A DNA stretch of 46,636 nt from Desulfococcaceae bacterium HSG8 (GTDB taxonomy: Bacteria > Desulfobacterota > Desulfobacteria > Desulfobacterales > 4be13). Location: positions 1 through 46,636 of the forward strand of contig JAUCGG010000017.1 in NCBI GenBank assembly GCA_030378015.1, given 5' to 3'. The translations under genes were made by a program, and so were the position numbers. Below are positions 39,401-46,508 of this stretch, one piece after another. Numbering within the stretch: position 1 is the stretch's first letter; the number at the start of each line of letters is the position of its first letter. The notes beneath the pieces were generated by a model. That model searched no databases. It was not told the origin of the DNA and worked only from the letters and a program-made list of their open reading frames with translations.

Positions 39401-42400
39401 AGGATTCCCCGTCATAATGAAAAACGTAGGCCGAGCCTGAAGTGCTGCCCCTGTCATCATCTCCCACAGCCCCGACGAAGGCAAAATCGCCGGACACGGA
39501 CACAGAGATGCCGAAATAATCATCCGCCGCCCCGTCGGAAGCGTTGAGTTTGGCCTGCTCTGTCCAGGATTCCCCGTCATAATGGAAAACGTAGGCCGAG
39601 CCTGAAGAACTGCCCTTGTCATCATCTGCGTAAGCCCCGACGATGGCAGAACCGCCGGACATGGACACAGCGTAGCCGAACCGATCACCCGCTGCCCCGT
39701 CGGAAGCGTTGAGTTTGGCCTGCTCGGTCCAGGATTCCCCGTCATAATGGAAAACGTAGGCCGAACCTGAATTGCTGCCCCTGTCATCATCTCCCTCAGC
39801 CCCCACGATGGCAAAATCGCCGGACACGGAGACAGAATTGCCAAAATTATCATAGGCAGCCCCGTCGTCTGCGGTGAGCTTGGATTCGATTGCATGGGCA
39901 AAATCGCAGTTGTCCGGGTCGAGCGGGAATGCGTCATCCGCATCATTCACGCCGTCATTGTCGTCGTCCTCATCGCAGGCATCGCCCATGTTGTCGTTGT
40001 CCGTGTCTGTCTGATCCGCATTGGGTATGTCCGGGCAGTTGTCCGTGTCGCCGCATACGCCGTCACCGTCCGCATCATTGCAGGGCACAATGCAGTCGTT
40101 GTAAATCCCCATAACCTCTGATTCGGAGAGTTCACGGTTCCAAAATCCCACATCGTCAATAAGGCCTTCATAATAACTGTTGTAATCCCAGTTATGAACT
40201 CTGCCGATTCCTGTTTCAGGCCCGGTGGCCCAGCCGACAAAACTGCCGGTTTCGACATACTGGTCAGCAAGCACTCCGTCCTGATAAAGTCTGAGGGTTC
40301 TGTCAGCATATCCCTGATATCCCGCGATATGATGCCATTCATTATCGGCCACGTTATTTCCGGTCAGGGTGACAAAGCCTCCGACATTGGTTTTGTAATC
40401 CTGATAATAAATCTCGCCGTTGCTGTTGATTCCGAATACCCAGGTATGATAGCGTCCGCCAGTCGGTCCCATAACCAACTGGTTCACCTTTGAAGTCCTG
40501 ATCCAGAAGGAGAAGAAATTTTTATGCCCGGCTTCAAAGTCTGTCCGGATGTAGCTGTTCCCGTCAAAGCTGTATGCGCTGTCAGTATCTCCGCATCTGC
40601 CGGATGTCAGTGAGGCTCCGCCGACCGCCGTGCCGTGATGACCGTTGCCGGATTCGTCGTCCGCGTCGCCGTCAAAGGGATAGTATGCTACGAGACCGTC
40701 ATCCGGGCAGTTGTCACACACATCTCCGACACCATCACCGTCCGTGTCAGACTGATCGGAATTGGCCAGATCGGGACAGTTATCTCCGTTGTCGCCGATG
40801 CCGTCCTGATCGTTGTCAGCCTGCTCGGCCGCATCAAGGGGGAATGCGTCATCCGCATCGTTCACGCCGTCATTGTCGTCGTCCAGATCGCCGTTGTCGC
40901 CGATGCCGTCCTGGTCGTTGTCAGACTGCTCGGCCGCATCAAGGGGGAATGCGTCATCCGCATCGTTCACGCCGTCATTGTCGTCGTCCTCATCGCAGGC
41001 GTCGCCCAGGTTGTCGCCGTCTGTGTCTTCCTGACCTGCATTGGAAACATCCGGGCAGTTATCCTGACGGTCAAAAATACCATCATCATCCGTGTCCGCA
41101 CAGACCGTTTCGTAAGCCCCTATATCAAACCCGTCACATCGGGGTCTGGGATTTCCCTCGATATCTTCATCGGGCGATCCTGCTGATGTGCCTGTGTCAA
41201 TACAGGGAGAGAGGGAAGTCAGATGATAATTGCCATTTGCCGCATCCAGGAACAGCGGATCAGCGTTGATGTTGCCTTCACCAGCATATCCGCCCTGTAT
41301 GTCGGAATAGCTCACAACAGGGGAACTGCTCTCGGATACGATCTGATTCTGCATATTTCCCCAAATGATACAGTTGGTAACGATTGCGGAGGATTTGAAC
41401 CAGTAAATTCCGCCGGTGCCGTAGTTGGCCGAATTCCCGCTGACAGTGCTGTTGGTTATGGTCGGAGAAGAATTATACCAATAAATCCCGCCGCCGTCAT
41501 AGCCTGCCGAATTTCCGCTGATAATGCAATTGATAAGTTTCGGGGAGGAGTAACCGAAAGAAAGCATTCCGCCGCCGCTGTGGCCTACCGAATTCCCGCT
41601 AATGATGGAACTGGTAATGGTCGGAGAAGAGCGATAGTCACAATAAATTCCACCTCCCCCACCACCTATATCATGTTCACTAATGGTGCAATTCGTAATG
41701 ATCGGCGAGGAGTTGGTGCAATAAATCCCACCGCCAGTGCAGAATTCGTCCGAATTCTCGCTAATGGTGCAGTTGGTGATGATCGGAGAGGCGTAAGCAC
41801 AATAAATTCCTCCGCCACGGCCCCAAACCTCATCGTCGCCGCCGTTTACCGAATTCCTGCCAATAGTGCAGTTGATAATGCTCGGAGAGGAGTAACTACA
41901 GTAAATCCCTCCGCCATGATCTGCCGAACCATTGGTAATCGTAAAACCGGACACTACAGAATCACCGCCTTCTCCGCTATGAAAATTAAATCCCCGCCCA
42001 TTATTCTCACAATCTATAATGCAGTTTCCAGGGCCGTTTTCTGATCTGAGGGTAATGGCTTTTCCCTTGAAATCCAAATCTTTGTTTCCCGTCCCTGTGT
42101 AAGTGCCGTCGGCAACCAGGACAGTGTCACCATCTGAGGCTGCGTCAATAGCGGCCTGAATTGTGGGGTATTCACCGGGAAAACGGAGCGAATATCTGAA
42201 TTCATAAGCTCCCATGTCAGCCATGTTATTCTGAGGTCTCGGAAGACCGTCAAGGTCTTGACCCGGCGCTCCTGCTGATGTGCCTGCATCAATACAGGGT
42301 GAGACGGATGTGAGATGATAATCGCCGTTGGCAGCATCCACAAACATCGGGTCGGTATTGATGTTGCCTTCACCTGTGTATCCGCCCTGTATATTGGAGT

Positions 42401-45400
42401 ATGTGACAACAGGATTGCTTTGGTCTCTGAAAATTTCGCTTGGTGCGTCATTCCAGAAAACAGAGTTGGCAATGCTCGGATTAGACGCGATATAACAGGA
42501 AATTCCACTGCCATACGTTGCTGAATTATTGGTGACAGTGCAGTTGGTAATAGATGGAGAAGAGTGATTGCAATGAATCCCGCCGCCATGCGATGATGCC
42601 TGATTGCCATAAATGAGACAGTTGGTAACGGACGGAGCAGAGTAATAGCACCAGATTCCGCCACCGTAGGTTGTCCTGTTGTCATAAATAACGCTGTTGC
42701 TAATGACCGGAGAGGATGCGTTGCAATGAATCCCGCCTCCATGAGATGATGCTGAATTACCAGAAACGAGGCAACCGGTAATGGTCGGAGAAGATTGGTA
42801 GCACCAAATCCCGCCACCGTAAGTCGCCTGATTATTACGGACAACACAGCCGCTAACAGTCGGAGAGGAATACTTGTAGAGATAAACTCCACCGCCTTTT
42901 ATTGTTGCTGAATTACCGCTGACAGTGCTATTGGTGATAATCGGGTAGCAGTACCAGTTGCAGTAAATTCCGCCCCCGAATTCAGTTGCCTCATTATCGC
43001 TAATAGTACAGTCGCTAATAATCGGAGAGGATTGATTAAGATGAATTCCTCCGCCGTAAGTCGCTGAACTTTCTCTGATGACACAGTTGCTAATGGTCGG
43101 GGAAGAATTGTTGAAAAAAATCCCGCCGCCGTGCTTGCTTACTGAACCATTGATAATGCTGAATCCGGAAAGCACCGAGTCTTCACCTTCCCCGCTATGA
43201 AAATGAAATCCCCGCCCGTCATTCTCACAGTCTATAATGCAGTTTTCAGGCCCGTTTTCCGATCTGACGGTGATGGCTTTTCCATTGAAGTCCAGATTCT
43301 TATTTCCTTCACCTGTGTAAGTACCATCGCTGACCAGAACCGTGTCACCGTCTGAGGCTGCGTCAATAGCGGCCTGGATGGTGGAATAATCGCCGGGAAC
43401 AGCCAAGGTCTCAGAACAGCCGTTTTCGTCAGGCTCGGTCTTACTCGGATCACCGGGGCAACCGTCAACGCAGTCCGGGGTTCCGTCATTGTCCGTGTCC
43501 GTATCCTGGTCGTAGGGGCAGGAGAGTTTGGTTATGTAGGCATCTCCCCAGTTACCACCGTAAGTACCCTGGAACGGATTCGCGAGGGGAAAATCTCCGA
43601 GAGACTGACCCACAACATAAGCACTGCCTTCGCTATCCACAGCAATGCCGAAGCTGACATCAGTGGCTGATCCGCCCAGATAGGTGCTGTAAATCAGCCC
43701 GTCTCCCACTGCGTTCATCTTGGTCACGAAGGTATCTCCGGGGCCGCCGCCGTAGGTGTTATCAAATGCATTTTTTACTGGAAAATCTGAGGAATGCGTG
43801 TTGCTGGTGACATAAGCATGACCGCCACTGTCCACGGCGATATCCATGGCATGATCCATTTCCAGGGAGCTTCCGCCCAGGTAAGTGCTGTAAATCAGAC
43901 GATCACCGGCCGGATTCAGTTTGCTTACGAAAGCATCATTGGAACCGCCGTAAGTGTCCTGGAATGCATTTTTCAATGGAAAATCAGGAGACCGGGTCGC
44001 TCCGATAATATAGGCGTTACCGGTGTCATCCGCGGCAATATCATAACCGTCATCCCGATTGTTCCCGCCCAGGTATGTGCTGTAAATCAGCTCATTGCCG
44101 GCCGCATTCAGTTTTGTTATGAAGGCATCATAATCACCGCCGTAAGTGCTTTGGAATGCATTCACGAGTGGAAAATCAGCCGAGGACTGAGTTGTCCCGG
44201 CAATGTATGCGTTGCCCTCGGTATCCACAACTATGCCCCTCCCCTCATCATACTTGTCTCCACCCAGGTAGGTGCTGTAAACGAGTTCCTTTCCTGCCGC
44301 ATTCAGTTTGGTCACAAAAGCATCTTGCTTACCTCCGCCGTAAGTATCCTGAAACGGGTTTACCAACGGGAAATCACCGGAGCGAGTGTATCCGCTAATG
44401 TGTGCGTTGCCGTCATTATCCACAGCAATGCCGCTGGCAGATTCCCAGTCGGCATCTCCCCCCAGATATGTGCTGTAAATCAGTTCATCTCCGTCCGCGT
44501 TCAGTTTGACCACAAAGGCATCATGAGTGCCTCCGAGTCCGATATCCAATGAACCCGGGGTCACAGGGAAGTCCGGAGATTTGGTGTATCCTGCGATATA
44601 TGCGCTGCCCTCACTGTCCACAGTGATGCTCAGACCACGATCTTTGTTCCCCCCGGCCAGATATGTGCTGTAAATCAGCCTGTCTCCGGCCGCATTCAAC
44701 TTGCTCACAAAGGCATCTTCAGACCCGCCGCCGAAACTGTTCTGACTGGGAAAGTCGGAGGATTGGGTCATGCCGGTGATGTATGCATTGCCATCGCTGT
44801 CCACGGCAATGTCAAAACCCCAGTCTGTGGCACTCCCGCCCAGATAGGTGCTGTAAACCAGCGTGACCGGATCAATCACCAGCGGGTAAGCCGGATCATA
44901 ATCATCAACCTCAAAGCCGATCTCCCCGTTATCGGCAAGCGCGAAGCAGGCTCTGACCGGAACATCCTGGCCTCCGATGACCTGCCACGCAACCGGGGCC
45001 TGTTCCCGCAGGATACGGCCGGCCGCTTCGATCAGCAGATCGCCGGTGTCGGGATCAATGCTGACATCCTCAGCCCCGTCATAGCACCAGCGAATCAGGG
45101 AGGGATCTCCGCCCGGAGCGACGGTGAATGTGCTTTTGAGATAGCCTTCCTGCCCGTCATAGCGCAGGTCAGTATCCGGCCAGAGATCAGTGTAAAGGAT
45201 ACTGTGATGGATGGGAACACCGGTATGCCATCGGGCCGGGTCATCGCCGGTGAAATAATTGAAAGTTCCCGGCAGGGTTTCACCCGCGGTGATCTGTGCA
45301 TCCGGATCATTGCCGTCAAAGTGAATCCGAAGCACTCCCGGGGGATCGGAGCCTGTTCCGGGCAGTGAAATAATCACCTCCCCGGGAGTGAAAAACATTG

Positions 45401-45587
45401 TTCCCCCGAAGCTTCTGACCAGGAACCGGGCCTCTTCATCCGTCTGCCCCGCATTGGGTACAAAAGAGAGGGGCAGTCTGCCGTAATCATCAATGATGAG
45501 GGAACCGGCATACGCGGCAGTTCCGAAACCCAGCATCAGTGCCATAAACAGTGCTGCAAATCTGAAAGTCCGTTCTGAAATTTTCAT
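30408..45587 (-). CDS. Giant secreted mosaic cell-surface protein (5059 aa). Order: signal peptide; SBBP beta-propeller repeats; two parallel beta-helix blocks; TSP3-type Ca-binding repeats; LamG/ConA-like domain; two blocks of FG-GAP-like repeats; GEVED domains (x2); SdrD-B/DUF11-like beta-sandwich repeats (x5-6); NHL repeats (x6-7); a third beta-helix; 9 tandem 30-aa Cys-rich repeats; about 12 TSP3 repeats; C-terminal dockerin-like module.
   Basis: Signal MKISERTFRFAALFMALMLGFGTAAYAGS. SBBP DAFVSKLNAAGDRLIYSTYLGG (DNA ~43550-44900). Beta-helix GGGIYC...NCTISEN (41230-43500). TSP3 DTDGDGVGDVCDNCP. FG-GAP-like SGSAYVFHYDGESWTEQAKLTASDGAADDxFGxSVSVSGDxAVVGA (37380-39900). GEVED DGEVEDYMVEIE / DGEVEDYLVEIE. 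NHL GVAFDSAGNLFIADxxNHRIRKVD (35290-36300). Cys repeat CSQDCNGDWGGTATVDNCGECVGGNTGEVA (31490-32300). Dockerin-like GDLNDDCVIDLDDVDIIGIHL...DIDGDGTITVLDARKLVLL. ATG at 45587. Confidence 0.85.
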   Translation of the reverse strand: MKISERTFRFAALFMALMLGFGTAAYAGSLIIDDYGRLPLSFVPNAGQTDEEARFLVRSFGGTMFFTPGEVIISLPGTGSDPPGVLRIHFDGNDPDAQITAGETLPGTFNYFTGDDPARWHTGVPIHHSILYTDLWPDTDLRYDGQEGYLKSTFTVAPGGDPSLIRWCYDGAEDVSIDPDTGDLLIEAAGRILREQAPVAWQVIGGQDVPVRACFALADNGEIGFEVDDYDPAYPLVIDPVTLVYSTYLGGSATDWGFDIAVDSDGNAYITGMTQSSDFPSQNSFGGGSEDAFVSKLNAAGDRLIYSTYLAGGNKDRGLSITVDSEGSAYIAGYTKSPDFPVTPGSLDIGLGGTHDAFVVKLNADGDELIYSTYLGGDADWESASGIAVDNDGNAHISGYTRSGDFPLVNPFQDTYGGGKQDAFVTKLNAAGKELVYSTYLGGDKYDEGRGIVVDTEGNAYIAGTTQSSADFPLVNAFQSTYGGDYDAFITKLNAAGNELIYSTYLGGNNRDDGYDIAADDTGNAYIIGATRSPDFPLKNAFQDTYGGSNDAFVSKLNPAGDRLIYSTYLGGSSLEMDHAMDIAVDSGGHAYVTSNTHSSDFPVKNAFDNTYGGGPGDTFVTKMNAVGDGLIYSTYLGGSATDVSFGIAVDSEGSAYVVGQSLGDFPLANPFQGTYGGNWGDAYITKLSCPYDQDTDTDNDGTPDCVDGCPGDPSKTEPDENGCSETLAVPGDYSTIQAAIDAASDGDTVLVSDGTYTGEGNKNLDFNGKAITVRSENGPENCIIDCENDGRGFHFHSGEGEDSVLSGFSIINGSVSKHGGGIFFNNSSPTISNCVIRESSATYGGGIHLNQSSPIISDCTISDNEATEFGGGIYCNWYCYPIITNSTVSGNSATIKGGGVYLYKYSSPTVSGCVVRNNQATYGGGIWCYQSSPTITGCLVSGNSASSHGGGIHCNASSPVISNSVIYDNRTTYGGGIWCYYSAPSVTNCLIYGNQASSHGGGIHCNHSSPSITNCTVTNNSATYGSGISCYIASNPSIANSVFWNDAPSEIFRDQSNPVVTYSNIQGGYTGEGNINTDPMFVDAANGDYHLTSVSPCIDAGTSAGAPGQDLDGLPRPQNNMADMGAYEFRYSLRFPGEYPTIQAAIDAASDGDTVLVADGTYTGTGNKDLDFKGKAITLRSENGPGNCIIDCENNGRGFNFHSGEGGDSVVSGFTITNGSADHGGGIYCSYSSPSIINCTIGRNSVNGGDDEVWGRGGGIYCAYASPIITNCTISENSDEFCTGGGIYCTNSSPIITNCTISEHDIGGGGGGIYCDYRSSPTITSSIISGNSVGHSGGGMLSFGYSSPKLINCIISGNSAGYDGGGIYWYNSSPTITNSTVSGNSANYGTGGIYWFKSSAIVTNCIIWGNMQNQIVSESSSPVVSYSDIQGGYAGEGNINADPLFLDAANGNYHLTSLSPCIDTGTSAGSPDEDIEGNPRPRCDGFDIGAYETVCADTDDDGIFDRQDNCPDVSNAGQEDTDGDNLGDACDEDDDNDGVNDADDAFPLDAAEQSDNDQDGIGDNGDLDDDNDGVNDADDAFPLDAAEQADNDQDGIGDNGDNCPDLANSDQSDTDGDGVGDVCDNCPDDGLVAYYPFDGDADDESGNGHHGTAVGGASLTSGRCGDTDSAYSFDGNSYIRTDFEAGHKNFFSFWIRTSKVNQLVMGPTGGRYHTWVFGINSNGEIYYQDYKTNVGGFVTLTGNNVADNEWHHIAGYQGYADRTLRLYQDGVLADQYVETGSFVGWATGPETGIGRVHNWDYNSYYEGLIDDVGFWNRELSESEVMGIYNDCIVPCNDADGDGVCGDTDNCPDIPNADQTDTDNDNMGDACDEDDDNDGVNDADDAFPLDPDNCDFAHAIESKLTADDGAAYDNFGNSVSVSGDFAIVGAEGDDDRGSNSGSAYVFHYDGESWTEQAKLNASDGAAGDRFGYAVSMSGGSAIVGAYADDDKGSSSGSAYVFHYDGESWTEQAKLNASDGAADDYFGISVSVSGDFAFVGAVGDDDRGSTSGSAYVFHYDGESWTEQAKLTASDGAADDSFGISVFMSDDFAVVGADRDDDRGSGSGSAYVFHYDGEAWTKQAKLTASDGAAYDSFGVSVSVSDDSVIVGAYRDDDRGSSSGSAYVFHYDGESWIEQAKLTASDGAPGDRFGHAVSVSGGSAFVGTRWNDDSESDSGSAYVFHYNGESWTEQGKLTAPDGAADDYFGYAVSMSGNYAIAGAYGDDGGSGSAYIYGIGCFADSDEDGVPDAQDNCPDISNADQEDTDGDNLGDVCDEDDDNDGVNDADDAFPLDATEQSDNDEDGIGDNADPDDDNDGVNDEHDAFPLDPDNCSFADATEFKITADDGAAYDNFGHSVSVSGGYAVVGSPGDDYNGSDSGSPDDYTGAAYIFHYDGTSWTQEAKLTANDRTQGDSFGQSVSVSGDYAVVGAYQDSAYVFHYDGTFWTQQAKLTAHDGAQGDHFGVPVSVSDDYALVGAFYDDDKGVDSGSAYIFHYDGTSWMQQAKLTADDGAQGDHFGISVFVSGDYALVGARYDDDKGSDSGSAYVFHYDGTSWVQQAKLTAADGAQGDRFGRSVSVSGDHAVVGAIYDDDRGSDSGSAYIFHYDGTSWTQQAKLTADDGAQDDRFGQSVSVSGDYAVVGAIGDGDNGADFGAAYVFHYDGTSWVQQAKFTAYDGQGNNYDYFGYSVFMSGNYVLVGTSDDEKALGSGSAYIYEMDCFTDTDEDGVPDGQDNCPDVPNMGQTDTDGDSLGDACDPSPHGLDYSDAPDTPYCTLAASNGASHIIVPGAPFLGIGDPSDDPDAEADGQPDPAAMGDDNAGTDPDDEDGVSIPVLYQGQQAAITFEVNNGPAYVDGWIDFNGSGVWGDMGGREHVVSGNYSPGVYTTGVNAPVVSVPPDIVPGQTFARFRINTLGPLTPCGGPAEDGEVEDYMVEIEEPEPGIIIVEKQTDPDGSTESFEFSTDYGPNFSLADDGTNNSGPLLTPGTYSVNEINLPAGWNLTGVACSDGSDPGAIGLDPGETVTCVFTNSQERGTLTIIKQATPQDGADFDFTSNIPVSVLGGNISTVAGDGTGGFGGDGGPATNASLNYPGGVAFDSAGNLFIADQWNHRIRKVDAITGNISTAAGNGTSGFGGDGGPATNASLNGPYGVAFDSAGNLFIADLSNHRIRKLDATTGNISTVAGDGTRGFGGDGGPATSASLYYPIGVAFDSAGNLFIADWYNHRIRKVDATTGNISTVAGNGTGGSGGDGGPATSANLNEPIGVTFDSAGNLFIADYKNNRIRKVDATTGNISTGGSGGDGGPATSASLYYPTGVVFDNAGNLFIADQWNHRIRKVDATTGNISTVAGNDTGGVGGDGGPATSANLHNPTGVVFDNAGNLLISDRSNHRIRKVEALPVMASFTLDDANPDDGDGVSSSVTFNGLPAGTYEIIESLPGGWQLDNATCTGAGGSLTGETLSVAVGAGEDVVCTFSNTHPGTIIIEKQTDPDGSDQSFDFSPSYGSGFSLSDNGTNSSGPLTPGTYSVIESVPVGWSLTGATCSDGSDPGAIGLDAGETVRCVFTNTQKRGTIIVEKQTDPDGSAESFEFGTDYGPNFSLVDDGTNNSGPLTPGTYSVDEINLPAGWNLASATCDDGSDPSVIGLGAGETVTCIFTNIQQRGTIIVEKQTDPDGAPDSFTFSGDADGSITDDASLVSSNLLPGTYTSQEIVPAGWNLTSIRCYDPTGDSSGDVNTKTATFKVEAGETVRCVFTNTQKRGTIIVEKQTDPDGAPDSFTFGDDASGTISDGGQIVVSDLLPGSYTSQETVPAGWELTSIVCDDGNSTVSLADFRANFQVEAGETVKCTFHNRLPLDYGDAPDSYGTLLAGNGARHAIVRGHSLGPIVDAEPDGQPSPLADGDDLNPPGMPDDEDGVTLPPVLTAGTSSTVIVDGGPSGGMLDAWIDFNGNGVFDHQAEHLWGGVSQLLNGQPNPVNNLTFVVPSDAVIGPTYARFRLSMSGGLQPTGFVPDGEVEDYLVEIERLQCTDDCYADDNGDDSNGGTSWTDAKKTIQAAVDQVNSGGTVHVAAGTYTEQVTLTPGKNLAILGEGQDDVTWIAPAEGKCLVGNMDGYTGNMNYEISGFTFNGRSDPGAEWGAGVMIYKARSGPLSLSIHDNRFVEDRASGDAGHWATSMFLCHNRFAPRDGSGNAPVHIYNNTDETLGGMTMSNSQGYDIYNNVFDGCSDAIYNGHGCPDAAGQTFGDHRIYDNVFRNATNGFQPDPDDEPAIDWKYYGAGGGTHLPSIIEGNLFEDNDTAIKFSMDTDMTYPEHLVRENRFISNELAVTVDGDYASPINARYNYWEAADGPSEAGCGSGDAISENVAYCPFYEDEPMTTLADADGDGLCGSNDNCPDDSNPDQTDTDGDGWGDVCDCDDEDEDVNPDATEICNGTDDNCDGIADEGLPACSQDCNEDWGGTAYTDECGECVGGNTGNTSTCTQDCNGDWGGTAAVDNCGECVGGNTGEVACSQDCNGDWGGTATVDNCGECVGGNTGEVACSQDCNGDWGGTATVDNCGECVGGNTGEVACSQDCNDDWGGTATVDNCGECVGGNTGEVACSQDCNDDWGGTATVDNCGECVGGNTGKIACSQDCNNDWGGTATVDNCRECVGGNTGKVACSQDCNGDWGGTVADADQDSVCDDVDNCLGTRNINQMDTDNDGLGDACDNCVSDPDPDQTDTDGDALGDVCDNCPDIENPDQENADGDELGDACDNCPDIENPDQEDADGDEVGDTCDNCPDDANPDQEDGDGDEVGDTCDNCASTSNSDQTDADSDGIGDICDACVDMDNDNVCDEDDNCPGTFNPDQTDTDSDGLGDACDDCLDADQDTVCDGVDNCVGTPNPGQADADKDGVGNACDNCSGDANYNQEDRDSDDVGDACDNCASASNPDQTDTDSDGQGNACDGCPDDPYKIETGDCGCGVPDDRAGDLNDDCVIDLDDVDIIGIHLNEDAGICMECDIDGDGTITVLDARKLVLLCDCPECTCDGN
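31490..32300 (-). repeat. Intragenic tandem repeat, period 90 bp, 9 copies, near-identical at the DNA level (encodes the Cys-rich 30-aa module).
   Basis: ccgccccagtcgccattgcagtcctgagaacaggcaacttccccggtgtttccgccgacacattctccgcagttatcaacggtggcagtt repeated with only a few substitutions per unit. Confidence 0.8.
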
Positions 45588-45654
45588 TTTCTGTCCTCCT
45601 TACATTACATCTGATGGTTAAAAGGATTCTTGCAGTGCGAAAAAGGATTTTTAC

Positions 45655-45706
45655 AATAAAAAAAGCCGGTTTGCCTTTTTCTCAGGCAACCCGGCTTTCT
45701 CAATGA
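45655..45706 (-). terminator. Hairpin aaagccggtttgcc-tttttctca-ggcaacccggcttt preceded on the plus strand by aaaaaaa. Candidate rho-independent terminator for minus-strand transcription coming from the right.
   Basis: 13-bp stem with one mismatch. The plus-strand A-run gives a U-tract on the minus strand. If real, it insulates the giant gene's promoter region (45588-45650). Confidence 0.45.
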
Positions 45707-46269
45707 GACCCGTGGCTTTCCGTCCCTGCCTCACGGCAGGTTTGGCTTTATCAGGGAAAATATCTTCAATCCCCCGAAGGATGCACTATCCTCCGGGGAT
45801 TGCAGCGGAATTTTCAAATTTATCCTTTTCATAATAAATTCCCTCCCGAAAAATAATATACCCGGTGTATGCGGCTCTCCGGGTCTTTAAAAACCGCGGG
45901 TTATTGGGACACGGATAAACACGGATTTCATTACAAAATGATCCGTGTTCATCCGTGTCCTGAAAAATCGCGGGTTCTTTTTTGAGAATTCCTAAAATAA
46001 AATACAACTTCCGAACACTGAGTTGGAATTTCTGGATGCAGGGCTGAAAAGTAAGCGCACAGGGCGATTGCGAGAACCGATGCTTTTGTATTATACCGGT
46101 TGCGATTCGATGCGTATAAGAAATGGTATTCCGTGTGAATCCGAGCCGTTTGTTTATCCGAATCTTTCTGGCCGAAGATGACTATAATATAACTGAATCA
46201 CAATTCTATTGTGTATCATATGGGTTTGAATGTCAAGTTTTTTTATTTTTCACTTTTAAAACATAAGAA

Positions 46270-46508
46270 ATTTTGTGAAACTTCAAGCCTTTGTGACATT
46301 TTTTTTGCAGGTATGCCACAAAGACACGAAGGCACAAAGAAACACAAAGAGACTTTGTGAAACTTCGCGTCTTTGTGCCTTTGTGGCATTTTTTTTTGCA
46401 GGTATGCCACAAAGACACGAAGGCACAAAGAAACACAAAGAAACTTTGTGAAACTTCGTGCCTTTGTGCCTTTGTGACATTTTTTTTGCGGATATGCCAC
46501 AAAGACAC
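46270..46508. repeat. Tandem array (3 units of about 65-90 bp, truncated by the window edge?) built from inverted ctttgtg / cacaaag heptamers. Unit: tttgtgaaacttcg.gYctttgtgcctttgtgRcattttttttgcaggtatgccacaaagacacgaaggcacaaagaaacacaaagaRac.
   Basis: Units begin at 46270, 46352 and 46443. Each unit is self-complementary (ctttgtgcctttgtggcat vs atgccacaaagRcacaaag). Confidence 0.65.

Noticed and set aside
45786-46007. 73-aa minus-strand ORF between the giant gene and the hairpin array.
   Set aside because: No RBS or motifs. Overlaps the inverted repeat gacacggataaacacggat...atccgtgttcatccgtgtcc. Could be real, but unsupported.
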